Assembly: GCA_963769935.1 (NCBI GenBank)
Contig: CAVYNY010000010.1
Coordinates: 544,001 to 608,000 of the forward strand
Direction of reading: 5' to 3'
DNA from: an uncultured delta proteobacterium
GTDB lineage: Bacteria; Desulfobacterota; Desulfobacteria; Desulfobacterales; JAFDCJ01
Length of the DNA stretch: 64,000 bases
Part shown: positions 1-8,981 of the stretch, piece after piece
Numbering within the stretch: the stretch's first letter is position 1
Layout: each line of letters starts with the position of its first letter
Position numbers and translations under genes: made by a program
The notes under the pieces: generated by a model
The model's input: only the letters and a program-made list of their open reading frames with translations
Told to the model about the DNA's origin: nothing
Databases searched by the model: none

Positions 1-1040
1 TGTCTATTCCCGCAACCGCCTTTTCGCAAACCGACAGTGCGGCGCAGCGCAAACTATTGGTGGGAGTGGTGTCGGCCCCGCCGGCTTACATAAAAACGGC
101 TGATAATCGATGGGAGGGTTTCAGCGTTGAAATCTGGCAGGCGGTGGCGCAAGAATTGGGCCTTGCCTTCGAATTTCGGGAATTCAGCAATCTTGAATCT
201 TTGCTGTCGGCGCTCGAACAAAAGGAAATAGATGTCATCCCCGCCGTGGCCGTCGCGGATCGTTTTGAGACTACTATGGATTTCAGCCAATCCTATTTGA
301 AATCGGGGCTATCCATTGCGGTGCCGGCCGAGGGGGTTGATTACCGCTGGATTAACGTTATCAAAAGTATATTTTCACCGCATATCCTCAAAGCGATTGC
401 CTTGTTGCTTTTGATGTCCCTGATAGTCGGAATCATCGTCTGGTCATTCGAGAAGCGGCGGAACAGTGAAATGTTCGGCGACGGTACGGTCAAAGGGATC
501 GGTCACGGCATCTGGTATGCCATGGTGACAATGACCACCGTGGGCTATGGCGACAAAGCGCCAAAAACCATGGGTGGGCGGATCGCTGCGATCATCTGGA
601 TGATTTTCTCAATTGTTTTTATCGCCGCCTTTACGGCGACCATCACGACGCAGCTGACCCTGACCGAACTGAGAGGCAAGGTTCACGGTTTTAATGATCT
701 CTACCATGCGCGGGTCGGAGGTATCGGCGGGTCTGAGGGTTTCGCCTTTTTAGCTAAAAAGGGAATCGCCACAATTCCATTTGAAAGTATAAAGGAAGGG
801 TTGACGGCGGTTGAAAACCGGAAAATCGATGCGTTTGTGCAGGACGAAAAAATTTTGCAGTATCTTATAAAAACAGAGTTTCCCGGCCGGGTACAGGTCG
901 TGGGCGGCACTTTCGATGAATATTTCGTGAGCATCGCCTTGCAGCAAAACAGCGGGCTTCGCAAAACGATCAACCAGGCCTTGCTGAAATTTATGAATTC
1001 GGATACTTGGACGGAGCTGCTGAATCGCTATATCAGGTAA
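1..1040 (+). CDS. GluR0-like ligand-gated K+ channel (split periplasmic binding domain around a 2-TM K+ pore); 5' end outside the window
   Basis: Frame is open from base 3. PBP motif WEGFSVEIWQAVA, TM1, pore WYAMVTMTTVGYGDKAP (TVGYG filter), TM2, then second PBP half (IDAFVQD...INQALL). Confidence 0.85.
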   Translation, partial: SIPATAFSQTDSAAQRKLLVGVVSAPPAYIKTADNRWEGFSVEIWQAVAQELGLAFEFREFSNLESLLSALEQKEIDVIPAVAVADRFETTMDFSQSYLKSGLSIAVPAEGVDYRWINVIKSIFSPHILKAIALLLLMSLIVGIIVWSFEKRRNSEMFGDGTVKGIGHGIWYAMVTMTTVGYGDKAPKTMGGRIAAIIWMIFSIVFIAAFTATITTQLTLTELRGKVHGFNDLYHARVGGIGGSEGFAFLAKKGIATIPFESIKEGLTAVENRKIDAFVQDEKILQYLIKTEFPGRVQVVGGTFDEYFVSIALQQNSGLRKTINQALLKFMNSDTWTELLNRYIR

Positions 1041-1169
1041 AGCATCCTGGATTAAAGGGCCACGCAGACATCCGCAGATTACGCAGATTAAAATATCAAT
1101 AATTTTTGATGAATTAATTGTTGAGATGAAGGCTAGGTTGAACGATTTATCCGATATTCAAGACCTTCC

Positions 1170-1190
1170 GGGCGGGGATAAACCCCGCCC
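1170..1190. repeat. GC-rich REP-like hairpin between convergent genes (possible terminator)
   Basis: GGGCGGGG-ATAAA-CCCCGCCC, perfect 8-bp stem. Confidence 0.5.
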
Positions 1191-1388
1191 ACACGGGACG
1201 TGTTGTTGTTCCAGCCTTCCTGTTGGAATCACTCAATTTAGGTAGACTATAGATATGCTGCGGCAGGCTGCCGAATCCGCCCGGTCAGCCAGCCATAGCC
1301 ATAGCGGGAAAAACGCGAGGCCCGACACCGGGACATGGGTGTCCGCCTGGATTCCGGGCCGGAGCCGTCATTTTGCACCTTCTTCAAA

Positions 1389-1988
1389 TTAACTTTTACC
1401 AACTTTACTGCGCAGGATTTCCAGCAATTTTTCCGGTGAATCTTTGGCCAATATCTCTCTGAACTGGCTGCGGTAGTTGTTCACCATGCTGACCCCTTCA
1501 ATGATCACGTCGTAAACCTTCCAGGAACCGCTTTTGTCCGTGAGCCGGTAAAAAAGCGGGATCTTCTTGCCGTCTGCCGTCTGCAGATAACTCTGCACCT
1601 CGGCGGTTCCCTTTTTAAGCGTGTCTTCCTTGTCAAATATAATTTTCTGATCCGAGTACGCCAGCAGCCGGTCCGCATAAACTCCCTGCAGCAGTTCCGT
1701 GAACAACTGCACAAATTCTTTTTGCTGCGCGTCGTTCATATTTTTCCACCCCTTGCCCAGGGTTCTTTTTGACAGTTCATCAAAGTCGAATATCGTATTG
1801 ATGGCATCCGTCAATTGGGTGACCTGCTGATCTTTGGGTTTGGCCTTGAAGGCCGGATCGGTCAGCGTCGCCAGCACTTTGTCGACGCCCGTCTTCACGG
1901 TTTCCATCGGCGTTGCAGCATTTCCGGCCAACGGAATTACCAATACCACTGTCAGTATCAATATAACTGCGGTAAATAGTTTGTTCAT
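1389..1988 (-). CDS. mlaC: MlaC/Ttg2D-family periplasmic lipid-binding protein
   Basis: Signal peptide MNKLFTAVIL..., FDFDELSKRTLG, WKVYDVIIEGVSMVNNYRSQF; ATG at 1988 follows a GGAGG RBS. Confidence 0.85.
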   Translation of the reverse strand: MNKLFTAVILILTVVLVIPLAGNAATPMETVKTGVDKVLATLTDPAFKAKPKDQQVTQLTDAINTIFDFDELSKRTLGKGWKNMNDAQQKEFVQLFTELLQGVYADRLLAYSDQKIIFDKEDTLKKGTAEVQSYLQTADGKKIPLFYRLTDKSGSWKVYDVIIEGVSMVNNYRSQFREILAKDSPEKLLEILRSKVGKS

Positions 1989-2028
1989 ACCTGCCTCCCT
2001 CCGGGATTCGTTGAGATCGTTGTGATCA

Positions 2029-2090
2029 TCCCAGTTAAACAAAAGACAAAAAGGTTTAACGGGATAAATTTGCATCGTTGGGATCGTTAT
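2029..2090. repeat. ~60-bp dispersed repeat, copy 1 (copy 2 at 5081-5140), with a CCCAGTTAAAC...GTTTAACGGG palindrome
   Basis: Direct visual alignment of the two copies. Confidence 0.8.
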
Positions 2091-2132
2091 GTCCGTTTAG
2101 ATCCTAAGCGCTTTTACTCCCTTCTTCATATA

Positions 2133-2230
2133 TGAAACTACACTATAAAAGTTTCTTCCTCGATCAGACTGGACGCTGGCGGCCAGAGGCGGTGCTCGTA
2201 TGAAACTTCATGAAATTCGATGTCATTTTT
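2133..2230 (+). repeat. ~95-bp dispersed intergenic repeat (TGAAACTACA...GATCAGACTGGACGCT..GGCCAGAGGCGG..TATGAAACTT), second copy at 50461-50553
   Basis: Near-identical copy at 50461-50553; shorter relatives near 2400, 50410, 50690 and 55290. Confidence 0.8.
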
Positions 2231-2508
2231 AGTCTGAAGTTAATTCCTGGCGGGAGTGGTTTTTAACCACGATTACAGATATCGGCCCGGCAGAGTGAAT
2301 CGCGATTGCCTCCAGCCCGTAAGGCTTGCGCCCCGGAGGGAAAACCGCTCCCACAGCATCTTTAAACTGTTTTCAGGTTCCCACAAAGTATCATCTTCAA
2401 TCAAACTGGTCGCCTTCGCGGCCAACGGCGCCGCTGCCACCTGAAACCAGCTTGACCCGCATATTTCCACCTTCCCCATTCCGCATTCCGAATTCAATTC
2501 TATTCTGT

Positions 2509-3015
2509 CTATTCTTCCTTGCCGGCTTCCTGCTTGCCTGTTCCGTCTTCTTTCTTGCCGGCTCCTCCGCCGACATCACCGAACGCGTACTTGCTGACCA
2601 GATCCATGATATCGGTGGGGGCGTTGGTATCGGTGATGGTATCGGCGTCGGCCAGCAGATCCCCGCCGCCGCCCGGATCGATCGAAACGTATTTATCCCC
2701 GATCAGACCTTCGGTCTTAATCGAAGCGATGGCATCGTCATAGACCTCGATGCCCTTGTTGATTCTAAACTGCACCCTGACCACCTGCTTCTCCTGATCC
2801 ATCTTAAAGCTCTCTACCCTACCGATTTCCAGCCCCAGCATGTCCACCGGGTTTCCCACCCGCAGCCCGGTCACCGTGGTAAAATCGCCGTACAACGAGT
2901 ACGTGTTATCACCGAAAAACCCCACGTTGCCCAGTTTAACGGTCATATAGCCAATACACGCCAGCCCGATCACTACAAAAAGGCCTACTACGGTCTCCTT
3001 GGAATATTTCTTCAT
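2509..3015 (-). CDS. mlaD: MlaD (single MCE domain) lipid asymmetry protein
   Basis: ETVVGLFVVIG TM, GLRVGNPV..G..IGRV, ASIKTEGLIGDKYVSIDPGG. Confidence 0.9.
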   Translation of the reverse strand: MKKYSKETVVGLFVVIGLACIGYMTVKLGNVGFFGDNTYSLYGDFTTVTGLRVGNPVDMLGLEIGRVESFKMDQEKQVVRVQFRINKGIEVYDDAIASIKTEGLIGDKYVSIDPGGGGDLLADADTITDTNAPTDIMDLVSKYAFGDVGGGAGKKEDGTGKQEAGKEE

Positions 3016-3128
3016 CCTGATTTTCCTCTTATGAAATAAGTTACCACGTAATCTGAAATCAGCAGTCCCTTTTTGGGACTCGGGGCCTGGCCGCCAGCGG
3101 TATCTTCAACCGTTGCATTGTCTGCCAT
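3012..3128 (-). pseudogene. 38-aa chimeric remnant whose C-terminal part resembles the end of an MlaE permease
   Basis: RBS + MADNATVEDTAGGQAPSPKKGLLISDYVVTYFIRGKSG*; the stop overlaps the mlaD ATG. Confidence 0.4.
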
Positions 3129-3340
3129 TTTGTGGCTTCTCCTAAAATCGAATCAAACCATCATCCGCTTTTAGTCCCAATATCCCATTTTCACACCCCT
3201 CCAAAGGCGGATCATCGACATCCCACTATTCCATGGGTTATCCGACGGCAACGACCACCCCTCTCTCCGAGCTGTAGGCTCTACGAGCCGGCAGCTGGGG
3301 TTAAGTCAGATCCTGGCCCTCTGGGGTAAAAATCATGACT

Positions 3341-3979
3341 TTATTGCCCGCCGGCCGTCGGCCGCGCCAGAGCCTTGATTGCCTCTGCAATCTGCCGGCT
3401 GAGTGCCTCCACGGCGAGGCTTTGGGTCCGCACCACAGCGGCGATATCGTCGCCGGCGACAGGTTCGGAGAAATTGGCATATCTTTTCAATAGCTCGGTC
3501 CGGCCGTTTTCCCCGAAAATGGTCCACCAGGCGCGCAGCAGGACATTGCCTCCGGGCGTTCCTATGAGATCGATGACATCCACCGTTACCTGGTAATCCG
3601 TTTGGTTCGCTTGCAGCCAGGGGAAAATGGCGACGTTTTCAGTGTTCAGCAAGCAGGATAAGTTTTCAGCCAGAACCCGGGCAAAGCCGCCCCCCAAGGG
3701 ATCCCCCCACTCGGCAAATTCACTCAGCCGGATTTCATTTCCGCCGGTGCCGGTCACGATCTGAGGCCGATCCAGCTTGCCGGAAATCCTTACCGGGCCC
3801 ACACCGATGGCGACATTCTTCAGGTCGGCGATGGGTGCCGGCCGGGTTTTCGCACTATACACAGAAGTCAGCACATAAAACCGGGTGGATCTGGAATTGG
3901 CCGGTCCCAGGCATCCGAGCAGAAGAAACAGCAAAGCACCCGGCACTAAGATAATTAAATTTAACCGGTTATGTCGCAT
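3341..3979 (-). CDS. PqiC-family ABC transport auxiliary lipoprotein
   Basis: Lipobox LLGC, TRFYVL, IGVGPV..LDRPQIV, EWGDPL..VLAENLS. Confidence 0.85.
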   Translation of the reverse strand: MRHNRLNLIILVPGALLFLLLGCLGPANSRSTRFYVLTSVYSAKTRPAPIADLKNVAIGVGPVRISGKLDRPQIVTGTGGNEIRLSEFAEWGDPLGGGFARVLAENLSCLLNTENVAIFPWLQANQTDYQVTVDVIDLIGTPGGNVLLRAWWTIFGENGRTELLKRYANFSEPVAGDDIAAVVRTQSLAVEALSRQIAEAIKALARPTAGGQ

Positions 3980-5049
3980 CAGAACTCTCCTTTCTGAGGT
4001 TTGCCCCGCAGCAGGGCATCCGGATTTCGTTGGAGATAATCTGCCAGAACTCGAATCGAGCGGGCGGCCTGGGACAATTCGGCAACGGCTGTTTCAACCT
4101 GGATCCGCAGGGGTGAGCCCTCTCCAATAGCACCATTTACGCTTGCCAGGGTTTCTTGAGACTTTTGAAAGGTCTTGGCGAGATCGTCGGCAAGCGTTTT
4201 TACCTGGCCGTTGATATTTTCCGTCAGCCGGCCGACATCTTTTATCGTATTGCCCGCCGAATCTGATGTACTTTTAAAGCTGTTTGCCAGCGGCCCCACC
4301 TGGCTGTTCAGATTTGCGATCAGATTTTGGGCGTCCTTCAGGGTTTGGTTGAGATCGGCGGACATCAGTTCAATTTTTTTATCCAGATGCTGGGCAATGC
4401 TGCGGAAGTCCCCCATCGTTTGTTTGAAATAATGCAGGCTTTTGGTGAGTTCTTCGGACGTCACAATACGTTCAATGCCCTGCAGAGACTTGTTTATGCT
4501 GTTTACGATCTCGCCGATTGGAATTTCTTCCAGGGTCTTTTCAATTTTTTGCAGCGGTGTCTGGACCGTCGGGATTTCAATCACACCCGCAGGGAGTTTT
4601 ATATTTTCGCTGCTGATCATTCTAACCGGCGTGTCCGGATAAAAATCGATGTTGATCATCAGCTGACCCGTAACCATACTCTGCGTTTGCAGCTGGGCTT
4701 TTAATCCTTTTTTAATGAGATCCTGGATATATTGTTTTCGATTTTCGACAACCGCCCCGAGCGCTTGAAAATTTTCAGGATCTATTTCCATGAAAACCGG
4801 GATTTCAAACGAGTGACTGCTTTGATCGGCATAAATCATTATTTTGGTGACCTGTCCAATCTTGACGCCCCTGAACACCACCGGCGCTCCGACACTGAGG
4901 CCTTTGACCGAGCCCTGGAAATAGGCCACATATTCCGACGTTTTGACAAAAAATTTGCCGGAGCCGAAAATGATGATGGCCGCCACCCCCAGCGCCAATG
5001 CCGCCAAGACAAAGGCGCCGATAGCTTTTTTGTTTGCTTGTTTGCTCAT
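3979..5049 (-). CDS. MCE/MlaD-family protein with long helical C-terminus (PqiB-like)
   Basis: YFQGSVKGLSVGAPVVFRGVKIGQV; ends SIRVLADYLQRNPDALLRGK. Confidence 0.85.
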   Translation of the reverse strand: MSKQANKKAIGAFVLAALALGVAAIIIFGSGKFFVKTSEYVAYFQGSVKGLSVGAPVVFRGVKIGQVTKIMIYADQSSHSFEIPVFMEIDPENFQALGAVVENRKQYIQDLIKKGLKAQLQTQSMVTGQLMINIDFYPDTPVRMISSENIKLPAGVIEIPTVQTPLQKIEKTLEEIPIGEIVNSINKSLQGIERIVTSEELTKSLHYFKQTMGDFRSIAQHLDKKIELMSADLNQTLKDAQNLIANLNSQVGPLANSFKSTSDSAGNTIKDVGRLTENINGQVKTLADDLAKTFQKSQETLASVNGAIGEGSPLRIQVETAVAELSQAARSIRVLADYLQRNPDALLRGKPQKGEF

Positions 5050-5080
5050 GGATTATTGATCCTCTTGACGGTTGAGAGCG

Positions 5081-5418
5081 TCCCAGTTAAACAAACGACA
5101 AAAAGGTTTAACGGGAAGAATTTGCATCGTTGAGATCGTTTAGTTCGTTAAGATGGTTTTGATCGTTTGGATCGTTTATGGGTTGAATAGGTTGATTGGG
5201 TTGATTGAGTTGAATAAGCTGATAGGTTTAAATGGATATACCTTACCAGCTTAATCAACCAATCAACTTAATCAACTCTTCTCGCTATCAACTATGAACT
5301 ATCAACCGGCACTGAAAGTGCCTCAACCCGCACCTCGCAACCCGCACCCCGTAGCCCGCAACTCGCAACACACAATATGTATTATTCCGCAATCCGCAAT
5401 CCCAAATCCGCAATCGTT
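5081..5418. repeat. Composite array of short tandem repeats and inverted arms (GATCGTTT, TTGATTG/TCAACT, CCCGCAC/CTCGCAA, TCCGCAA units)
   Basis: Visible 7- to 9-nt periodicity; begins with copy 2 of the 2029-2090 repeat. Confidence 0.75.
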
Positions 5419-6192
5419 TTACTTCTCTCCCCGCGTCAAAAACCGGTGCACCGTGGGGTCCTTGGAGTCCGCCAGCAGTTTCTTGGGATCGCCCTGGGCG
5501 ATCATGGTCTTTTTCTCAGGGTCCAGAAACACCGAGTTGTTCCCGATGGCAAAAATGCTGGCCAGCTCGTGGGTGACCACCACCACCGTCGCTCCCAGGC
5601 TTTCGCGCAGCTCCAGAATCAGGTCATCCAGCAGCCGGGCGCTGATCGGGTCCAGGCCGGCCGAAGGTTCATCAAAAAACAGGATTTCCGGATCCAGGGC
5701 CATGGCCCGAGCCAGGCCGGCCCGCTTCTGCATGCCGCCGCTGATCTCCGACGGGTAGTACTCCTCAAAGCCGGCCAGGCCGACCAGCGCCAGTTTCAAG
5801 GATACGAGCTTCTGAATTTGTCCTGCTTTCAAATCCGTGTATTCCTGCAGGGGCAGCGCAATGTTTTCGGCCAGGGTCATGGAACTGAACAGGGCGCCGC
5901 TCTGATACAGGACGCCGAACTGCCGCATAATCCGGTCGCGCTCGGCCGGTTCTGCATCCCAGAAGCTGACGGCGCCATAAATCACCTTGCCTTTGGCCGG
6001 CTTCCTCAACCCGATCATATGCCTTAACAGGGTACTCTTGCCGCACCCGCTGCCGCCCATGATGATGAAAATATCGCCGCGGTTGACCGTAAAGGTCAGG
6101 TTCTGTTGAACCACAAAAGAACCGTAGGCCATGGTCAGATCTTTGACCGTGATGTGTGCCTCATGATTGTTATGTGCTTCCGATGCTGTCAT
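5419..6192 (-). CDS. mlaF: MlaF-type ABC ATPase
   Basis: GGSGCGKS, YQSGALFSSMT, ISGGMQKRAGLARA, FFDEPSAGLDP, VTHEL. Confidence 0.9.
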   Translation of the reverse strand: MTASEAHNNHEAHITVKDLTMAYGSFVVQQNLTFTVNRGDIFIIMGGSGCGKSTLLRHMIGLRKPAKGKVIYGAVSFWDAEPAERDRIMRQFGVLYQSGALFSSMTLAENIALPLQEYTDLKAGQIQKLVSLKLALVGLAGFEEYYPSEISGGMQKRAGLARAMALDPEILFFDEPSAGLDPISARLLDDLILELRESLGATVVVVTHELASIFAIGNNSVFLDPEKKTMIAQGDPKKLLADSKDPTVHRFLTRGEK

Positions 6193-6209
6193 GGATTTAT
6201 CTTTGGTAA

Positions 6210-6272
6210 GAAATGCCTAAAATTCAAAATGCCTAAATTGCCTAAAATTGAGGATTCGCTTCGCTCTGTCTA
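6210..6272. repeat. TGCCTAAA tandem array plus ATTCGCTTCGCTCT; an inverted-orientation relative lies at 34900-34960
   Basis: The reverse complement of 34900-34960 aligns to this stretch. Confidence 0.7.
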
Positions 6273-6418
6273 AACAGAAAGGCGATGAGCGCTGTGACCA
6301 GAAGACTGAGCATTTGGTTCCATGCATGATGCGAATTCTTTTTAACTCTGTCCCCAGTCCTCGTCCCTTAGTCCTAATACGCCTTTTGCCTTTAGCCTTG
6401 AGCCTTTAACCTTAAGCC

Positions 6419-7591
6419 TTATATTCCCAACACATTACACAGCACGGTAATGATCGCCGTTGCCACGGTGATGGCGATGATCGACGTCACAACGGCCGAT
6501 GTGGTTGCGTCGCCGACGGCCGAGGCACTGCGTCCGCAGGCCATTCCTTTGAGGCACCCGGCCAGGGCCACCAACATGCCGAAAACAGCGGCCTGAAAAA
6601 TTCCGATAAAAAAATCGTTTAAATTCAGGGAGGCCTTCGTCTGATTCACATACTGGATGAGGCCGATGTCGAGCAGGCCCACGCCGACGATCAGGCCGCC
6701 GAGCACCCCCATCAGGTCCGCAAAGACGCACAACAGCGGCATCATCAGGACCAGGGCCAGCATCCGCGGCAGCACCAGAAACTCCATGGGAGACACCCCC
6801 ATGGTCTTCAAGGCATCAATCTCTTCGTTGACCTGCATCGTCCCCAGCTGAGCGGCAAAAGCCGCACCGGTGCGGCCCGCCATGACAATCCCGGCCATGA
6901 CGGCCCCCAGGACCCGCACCATGGCAATGGCCACCAGGTTGGCCACAAAGATCTGGGCCCCGAACATCATCAGCTGAACAGCGCCCACGAAGGCCAGGAT
7001 CATGCCGACCAGAAAACTGATCAAAGCCACGATCGGCAGGGCATCGACGCCGCAGTCTTGGATGAGCAGCGTCAAATCGACGCGGCGAAAGCTGGCCTGA
7101 CCCACCGGAAATTTCAAAAGTGCAACTACCGCCTCGCCGATGAACGCCAGCAGTCCCGAAGCGGCTTGCCACAGCGCAATGGCGGATGTGCCGACGCGCA
7201 CCAAAAATGGATCGCGCGTGGTTGCCTTTCGCGCCCCTTTTCTTTCCGCAACGGCCGTCGCCAGACCTATCAGTTTTTTGACGCCGACCGGCAGCCCGTC
7301 CTTTTCCACAACAATATTATTCGCTGAACAGTATTGGTAGAGATCCATTAAAAACGTCACCAGGCTGCTGTCCCAGCCGGTAAGCTGGTCGGTTTCGAAC
7401 ACCAGACGCCGGATGCCTTTAGACGGTTGGATGTGCGGGTAGGCTTCTGCGCTGGCAGGACGATGCGCATCGATTTTCCACCGGCCCTTAAGTTTGACAA
7501 GCAGGGTGTCGTTATCCTGCGGGCTGAAACTGAGGTCACCGCCTTCAGAATGCTTTTCTTTTTCTGATGACTGTTGTTTGTCTTTTGCCAT
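6419..7591 (-). CDS. mlaE: MlaE-family permease with N-terminal STAS-like domain
   Basis: AGRTGAAFAAQLGTMQVNEEIDALKTMGVSPMEFLVLPR; VGDATTSAVV; N-terminal WDSSLV. Confidence 0.9.
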   Translation of the reverse strand: MAKDKQQSSEKEKHSEGGDLSFSPQDNDTLLVKLKGRWKIDAHRPASAEAYPHIQPSKGIRRLVFETDQLTGWDSSLVTFLMDLYQYCSANNIVVEKDGLPVGVKKLIGLATAVAERKGARKATTRDPFLVRVGTSAIALWQAASGLLAFIGEAVVALLKFPVGQASFRRVDLTLLIQDCGVDALPIVALISFLVGMILAFVGAVQLMMFGAQIFVANLVAIAMVRVLGAVMAGIVMAGRTGAAFAAQLGTMQVNEEIDALKTMGVSPMEFLVLPRMLALVLMMPLLCVFADLMGVLGGLIVGVGLLDIGLIQYVNQTKASLNLNDFFIGIFQAAVFGMLVALAGCLKGMACGRSASAVGDATTSAVVTSIIAITVATAIITVLCNVLGI

Positions 7592-7632
7592 ATGAGGCGC
7601 GCCTTTTTTGTTGGAACAGGCTGTTCAGCCTT

Positions 7633-8902
7633 TCAGAACCGGTAGACAAAGTTAACGTTGAAGGCGTGAATAAAATTGGTGTCATACTCGCCCTTGAGGT
7701 CCCCAATGAGCTGACTGCGGCTCTGGTTGATCTCGGCTTCCCCCGCATAAATCAGGGTATAGGCCGCCCCGATCGAAAAATTTTTGTTCCAGTCGTACTG
7801 TACCCCGGTAGCGTAGCGATAGGCCTCGTCCAACGGCAGCAAGGGTGAGCGATCCTTGCTCCCGGATATGGGCGAGCTGTCGTAGCCGAAGCCGGCCATC
7901 AGCAGCCAGGGGTCGGCCACGCGATAGTAGACACCTACGCCGACATGAAAGGTATCCTGATAGTCCAGGTCCTTCGTGGTCGTGTTGCCATCGGCAACTG
8001 AAATTTCGGGCTCGCCGAATTTGCTCCAGTCCTGCCAGTTGACCGTGCCCACCAGCGCGAGTTTGTCGGTGAAGGCGTGATAGGCCCCGATCGACACCTG
8101 CATCGGAATCGTCGTGTCGATTTTGAATCGAGCGTCCATCAGACCGGATGCTTCCAGGGCAGCCCCCAGCACCGTGCCCTCGAGGTTTTTAAAGCGCAGA
8201 TCGTCCTTAAAATTCAGGTCGACCTGGGAGACGTAGGTAACGCCTATGCGGGTCTGCGGGCTCAATTCGAACAGCGCTCCGAGGTTAAATCCGTAGCCCA
8301 CATCAGTGGCATCGTACTTGAGGCGTCCGTCCCCCGGCTCCAGCAGAGTGTTGACGGCCACCCGCTCGCTCAACGCACCCCTGACGATGCTGGCGCCGCC
8401 GCCGACGGACAGCCACGGAGCGATCCGGTAGCCGATGGTCGGGTTGACCGCCACCGTCGTGAAGCTGGCGCTTTGAACGTAGTATTTGCCGGCCCAGTCA
8501 TTTGAGTAGTTGACTCCTAAACCGAAATAAGAGCCCACCCCAAGTCCCAGTTTTAAATCCGGGTTCAGGCTGTGCACGTAGTACAGCGGTGGGGACCGGA
8601 CTGAAATAGCCGGCATTGCCGCCCCCGTTGTCGCCGTATGTGGCGCTGTGGACATCAAACTTAGTGTCGGGATAGATGCCCAGGATGCCGCCTTCCATCT
8701 GGGAGCGGTCCAGCCGGGTCATCGCGGCCGGGTTGCCGCTGGCCGTAGAGGCATCCAGCCCCGCGGCCTGCCGGCCGGCGCCGCCTACCCCCATGTCGGG
8801 GGTCGCCTCCTCGTACAGCCAGAGCCCGCCGGCCTGGGCCGAAGAAGCCATCACAATCGCCAACAATACTGAAATGACCACGCTGAAACCATACTTCTTC
8901 AT
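7633..8902 (-). CDS. FadL/OmpP1-family outer-membrane transporter (one frameshift near 8590-8600)
   Basis: Signal peptide + GGLWLYE..GVGGAG..AGLDAST..NPAAMTRL in one frame; LGLGVGSYFGLG...VNFVYRF in the next; terminal Phe. Confidence 0.85.
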
Positions 8903-8981
8903 AGTATCCTCCTTGGACTTAACACAGTAGTTGCACAACGCTAAATATAAACATAAAACCGCATATATAAATCGGAATAAA

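Noticed and set aside
5130..5418. Possible CRISPR array or small ORF (5294-5758) in the repeat-rich spacer
   Set aside because: Short degenerate tandem units without repeat-spacer structure; the ORF is translated repeats plus antisense mlaF.
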